A stretch of DNA of 63,771 nucleotides, counting the filler, from Octopus bimaculoides (lineage: Eukaryota): the NCBI RefSeq assembly GCF_001194135.2. It is 8 parts of 8 records of this genome, joined end to end, with 100 filler letters (N's around TTAATTAATTAA, not from the genome) between each part and the next. Parts side by side here need not be neighbours in the genome. Positions count along the whole stretch, not along the records: positions 54,625 to 59,684 come from NC_068989.1; positions 59,785 to 61,693 come from NW_026296352.1; positions 61,794 to 63,771 come from NC_068982.1; 5 more parts are not named here. One strand, given 5' to 3'. Positions within the stretch are counted from its first letter, which is position 1, and each line of letters begins with the position of its first letter. Positions 59,071 to 63,771 of this stretch are shown here, in pieces. The position numbers were made by a program, and so were the translations under genes. Under the pieces are notes generated by a model. The model made no database searches and was not told the origin of the DNA. It saw only the letters and a program-made list of their open reading frames with translations.

Positions 59071-60061
59071 GAGAACTTTTTTTTTTTTCATCTATGTATG
59101 TGTATTTATTAGACGAAAAGATACCACAAGAACGAAAGCAAGACAAGTATCGCAAGTCATTTAGAATATTCAATTAGAGCAAGGTGAATTTGATGTAATT
59201 AATTAGTTAATTAATTAATTAATTACTTAATTATTGGATGTCTTACAACTGTTTCTGGAATATCTCACGTGATAGGTGAGCATCTCTATATACTGGGTAT
59301 CCCGTTATCAGAGACACAGTGACTATATAGGAAGGTTCTAGACAGGGAATTCACAATTTAGAAAGGTATAGAATAATAGATAGCAGAATAAAGAGCAAAG
59401 CATTAGATAGAATACAGACAGAGGAATATTCTTCTAACTACTGCTTTACTCTTTATTATTCTATCTATTAATTTTTTCCTTTATAAACTGTGAAATAATT
59501 CTTGTGGGGGACTTCCCTACTTGCTCACCTTGTCTGTGATGACGGAATACCCAGTGTACGGAGATGCTAACCTTTAACTTGAGATATCCCAGAATCAGCT
59601 GTAAGACACACAATAATTAATGAATGAATTAAATCACCAATTAATCAATTGGTTAGTTCAAATTCACCATACTCTAATTTATATNNNNNNNNNNNNNNNN
59701 NNNNNNNNNNNNNNNNNNNNNNNNNNNNTTAATTAATTAANNNNNNNNNNNNNNNNNNNNNNNNNNNNNNNNNNNNNNNNNNNNATTCATCCGAATACAC
59801 AAATACAAAGTTTTTTCGTTGTTACTGGTTTCATTCTTTGTAACAGTTTTTTTTTTCAAAATACCTCGATGAGGCTAAATCGTGTGAATGCCCTCGTCAA
59901 TATCTCAGCATTCTAGAACAACCTTTATTAATTTTGCAATACATACATACACACATACATACATACATACATACATACATACATACATACATGCATATAT
60001 GTGTGCATGTGTCGCGCGTGTATAATCAATCAGTAATTGTGATTCTATCCCCTAATATTTA

Positions 60062-60210
60062 TTAATAACGGTGATAATAGGGATGATGATATCGATGACA
60101 ACGACAGCGATAATGACGACGAAGATGATGACGACGACGACGATAATGGTGGTGGTGGTGATGATGATGATGATGATGACCACGACGGCGACGACAACCG
60201 ATGAGGAAGA
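60062..60210. repeat. Mixed triplet repeat (GAT/GAC/GTG)n
   Basis: Directly visible. Confidence 0.9.
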
Positions 60211-61794
60211 GAGGAGGGGGGGGAAACGAAAATATAAATATCAGATACAACATAGGGTGCGTGATTGTCAGGGTGCTTTCCAACCACGTGCTTCCGCGTT
60301 CGAATTTAAACGATAGCAACTGGGCCGGATGTTTTCTACTTACAGCTTTGCATTGACAGATAACTTGTGAGTAGAATTTTGCAGAAAGGAATTCTCTTGG
60401 TCTTATTTATGTACATAAGATGTATACACACGTTAACAAACATACATATAAGTAGACAAACGCTTGTATATATTTGCGCGCGTATATGTAAGCGAAGGCA
60501 CACAGTCACCTCAGACTCATATATATATATATATATACACACACACACGCACACTGACCAATATATAGTCCGTGTTTATGTATATATGTATCTATCTGTC
60601 TATCTTTCTATCTATCTATCNNNNNNNNNNNNNNNNNNNNNNNNNNNNNNNNNNNNNNNNNNNNNNNNNNNNNNNNNNNNNNNNNNNNNNNNNNNNNNNN
60701 NNNNNNNNNNNNNNNNNNNNNNNNNNNNNNNNNNNNNNNNNNNNNNNNNNNNNNNNNNNNNNNNNNNNNNNNNNNNNNNNNNNNNNNNNNNNNNNNNNNN
60801 NNNNNNNNNNNNNNNNNNNNNNNNNNNNNNNNNNNNNNNNNNNNNNNNNNNNNNNNNNNNNNNNNNNNNNNNNNNNNNNNNNNNNNNNNNNNNNNNNNNN
60901 NNNNNNNNNNNNNNNNNNNNNNNNNNNNNNNNNNNNNNNNNNNNNNNNNNNNNNNNNNNNNNNNNNNNNNNNNNNNNNNNNNNNNNNNNNNNNNNNNNNN
61001 NNNNNNNNNNNNNNNNNNNNNNNNNNNNNNNNNNNNNNNNNNNNNNNNNNNNNNNNNNNNNNNNNNNNNNNNNNNNNNNNNNNNNNNNNNNNNNNNNNNN
61101 NNNNNNNNNNNNNNNNNNNNNNNNNNNNNNNNNNNNNNNNNNNNNNNNNNNNNNNNNNNNNNNNNTAAATATATAGGAGTCAGTATAAGATGCTTCACCA
61201 ACATACTGAAAATGTATATATATATATACACACATACATATACATACATATACACACGCACACATACATGTCTTGGCATGTAGAAGTATATATGTATACT
61301 GACATTTCAGTGTGAGAGACATTAACCCATCCAAAACCATGGAAATCTATAACATCTCTTAATCATTTATTATTTGATGCCAACATTTTAGTCGCACATC
61401 CGCAGCTTAATCGGTGATGAAACTCAAGCACAGTTAAACGATTACATCATTGATTAGGATGGAAAGAGGCCGATAAAAGTTTTACCTGCAATAAGAAACT
61501 ATTAAGGGTAATTCATAGTTTTCTTTTTGTCTTTTTTTTTTTGGGTGGTGGGGTTCAAAGCTGATATGTGTCTTCCACGCTGTAATGGCTATAGTATCAA
61601 ATCTGTCACAAAACAAATCATTTAATCACTTCCCAGACAATTACATTTCCGATCAAGATACACACACACACGCACACACACACACACACACACNNNNNNN
61701 NNNNNNNNNNNNNNNNNNNNNNNNNNNNNNNNNNNNNTTAATTAATTAANNNNNNNNNNNNNNNNNNNNNNNNNNNNNNNNNNNNNNNNNNNNT

Positions 61795-62260
61795 TGTAAT
61801 TTTAAACTTTGTTCCTCGTTTGAAGGTAAATTCAGAGCCTTCAAGTAGGTAAGGGCAGGTGCCACAATTAGGGCGTGCACATTTTTTAACTGATGGGGGT
61901 GGAAGTGGTGTATGTAGTTTGGAATTGGTTAATAATGTTTTCAAAGATTTGTGTTGCCTTTTGCATTTAAGGACTTAATGATATTGTTCATTTTCGGGTC
62001 TGTGGTGAGTAAGGGGAGGTTTTGTTTAATTGTGGTGAATGCTTCGATGTGGTGAATGCTCCGAGTTAAATGAGTCGCCATATCAGTATTATAAATTTGT
62101 TTCAATTTTTTTAAATAAACTTCTCAGACCCTCAAACTTTCTAGCAACTTCTCATCGTTTGACAGTATTTTTCAGGGAACGATGTTCGAAAGGCATAAAG
62201 TGCTTTGTTTCTGTTTATCGCTTCTTTTTATATCATCTAATTTCATTTTGTTAAACATAG
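61795..62260 (-). pseudogene. Penelope-like element remnant (linker and Cys-rich region preceding GIY-YIG)
   Basis: FTTIKQNLPLLTTDPKMNNII / KRQHKSLKTLLTNSKL..VKKCARPNCGTCPYLLEGSEFTFK. The GIY-YIG motif itself would fall in the adjacent gap. Confidence 0.72.
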
Positions 62261-62544
62261 TGATTTTGTCCAGATGTACGTCTAAGCTATTACAAATTAA
62301 AATCTAATACAAAATGAGGCATTAGAAAATACACGTGCTCAAGATGAGAAGCGATTACATACTTCATATATATAAGTGTTAATGTGCGAGTGGATATTAC
62401 CAAAGTACATATGGCATCGCGGCAATTACACCGACGCGTCAAAAATGCTGTAGGAAGGGTACGGATGCAGACTCATGTTTTTGAATAGCTTTCATCTTGA
62501 AATTATATATTCTTGTATAAATATGTATGTGTGTCTGTGTGTGA

Positions 62545-62742
<198 letters not shown>

Positions 62743-62864
62743 AGGCACTACTTGAAACCTTTGGTGATTTGTTATTGCTTGCTTTCAAGTAAAGAATAAC
62801 TGGTAATTAAGGTAATTAAGAACTATCCGAAATCTTTCATAATAGACAAAATGATAATATAAAT

Positions 62865-63410
62865 GCTCTGATGCAGTACCAGGTACTGGCTCCCATGGCT
62901 CCTAACTTTAAATGATTGGAAGTGTTTTCATGCACTTGTTTTGTCCTGGTATAAAAGATGGACTACAGATAATATTCTTCTCAACATCAGAGATTTGCTT
63001 GTCATTTGTTTGACCTTAACCAGCTGAGCATGTCTCTTGGTGGCTGACAATATGGCGACTGATCCCGAACAGAAGTAGTGGGCGGGGTGCATCATAGCCT
63101 TGTGCTGAGAGGAATTCTTTGATGTTTGAATAATTCACCCCTGGAAACATAAGTGCTTCGTTCAACATCCTTAAACAACCCTTATTCAAGGACCTTTTGA
63201 GTGAGATGGGAATCTCGACCAAAAGAAATTTCTAACTGGGCCTTACCTGCATGGTTGTGCGCTGTTTACCTTGATATGAGATCACCATGTCACGCACATA
63301 TGGTTATGATGCATGTGTCTGATGTACCCTTATCAGACGGGTAGTCATGATGAGTATACTGGGCTTCGTATATTTTACTTCAGTGTCAATAGATGGCATG
63401 AACTGCTCTC
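62865..63410 (+). mobile_element. Non-coding ~550-bp interspersed repeat, copy 2 (longer 5' end)
   Basis: Homologous to 1714-2197, with ~70 extra 5' bases (gctctgatgcagtaccagg...). Preceded by a degenerate AAT tract and fused at its 3' end to R4/Dong RT. Confidence 0.85.
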
Positions 63411-63420
63411 TTATTCCAAG

Positions 63421-63771
63421 ATGATCTTAGAAGATTGTCACAAGCGACACAAAAACTTGTCAATAGCCTGGATAGACTATAAAAAGGCCTTTGATAGCCT
63501 ACCACATAGCTGGATTAGGAAATGTCTGGAAATGTATAAAATAGCTCCTACTCTGCGAAACTTTTTATCTGTAAGTATGAGATCATGGAGAACCACACTG
63601 GTGTTGAACAATGACAATGAATCTCTAAATGCTGGAGATGTAAGAATTTCATGTGGCATTTTCCAGGGTGACTCACTATCACCACTCCTCTTCTGTCTAG
63701 CCCTAATACCGCTCTCAAAATTGCTCAATGATGCACAGTATGATTATAAAATATTTGATAAAAATATAAAT
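63421..63771 (+). mobile_element. R4/Dong-clade LINE reverse transcriptase, open to the window edge (missed by the ORF track)
   Basis: MILEDCHKRHKNLSIAWIDYKKAFDSLPHSWIRKCLEMYKIAPTLRNFLSVSMRSWRTTLVLNNDNESLNAGDVRISCGIFQGDSLSPLLFCLALIPLSKLLNDAQYDYKIFDKNIN: 117 uninterrupted codons with WIDYKKAFDS and GIFQGDSLSPLLF RT motifs. Confidence 0.92.

Noticed and set aside
62865-62935. HDV-like ribozyme at the 5' end of the Dong-associated repeat
   Set aside because: I could not build P1/P2/P3 pairings by eye. A covariance search on the consensus is needed.

Overview
AT-rich, gap-riddled eukaryotic (metazoan) genomic DNA. The SINE families and microsatellite load resemble an Octopus/coleoid cephalopod draft assembly; this is an inference from memory, not a database result. 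No complete host protein-coding gene is recognisable, and most long ORFs in the supplied track are artefacts of N-gaps or microsatellites. The one clear functional gene is an intact tRNA-Pro(AGG) at 26290-26361. There is also a plausible first coding exon at 36509-36621. The rest is a mosaic of mobile elements: at least three tRNA-derived SINE families (working labels A, B, C, with nested and chimeric copies), and decayed R4/Dong, L1/Tx1-like, Penelope, Gypsy, mariner, Tigger/pogo, hAT and Merlin (IS1595/ISXO2-like) remnants, plus several MITEs with resolvable TIRs and TSDs. Highlights: (1) a 270-bp fold-back MITE whose arms are head-to-head telomeric TTAGGG/CCCTAA arrays inside 33-bp TIRs and a 9-10-bp TSD; (2) an (AAT)n-targeted R4/Dong LINE twice adjacent to a ~550-bp non-coding, non-tRNA retroposon-like partner; (3) a minimal hammerhead-ribozyme motif near a Penelope remnant; (4) a Merlin transposase pseudogene with tandem RFX X-boxes plus CCAAT and E-box upstream, and a candidate Merlin-type MITE family; (5) a 36-bp coding-like minisatellite and a 46-bp CRISPR-mimicking minisatellite. 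Seven TTAATTAATTAA linkers inside 100-bp gaps are assembly artefacts.
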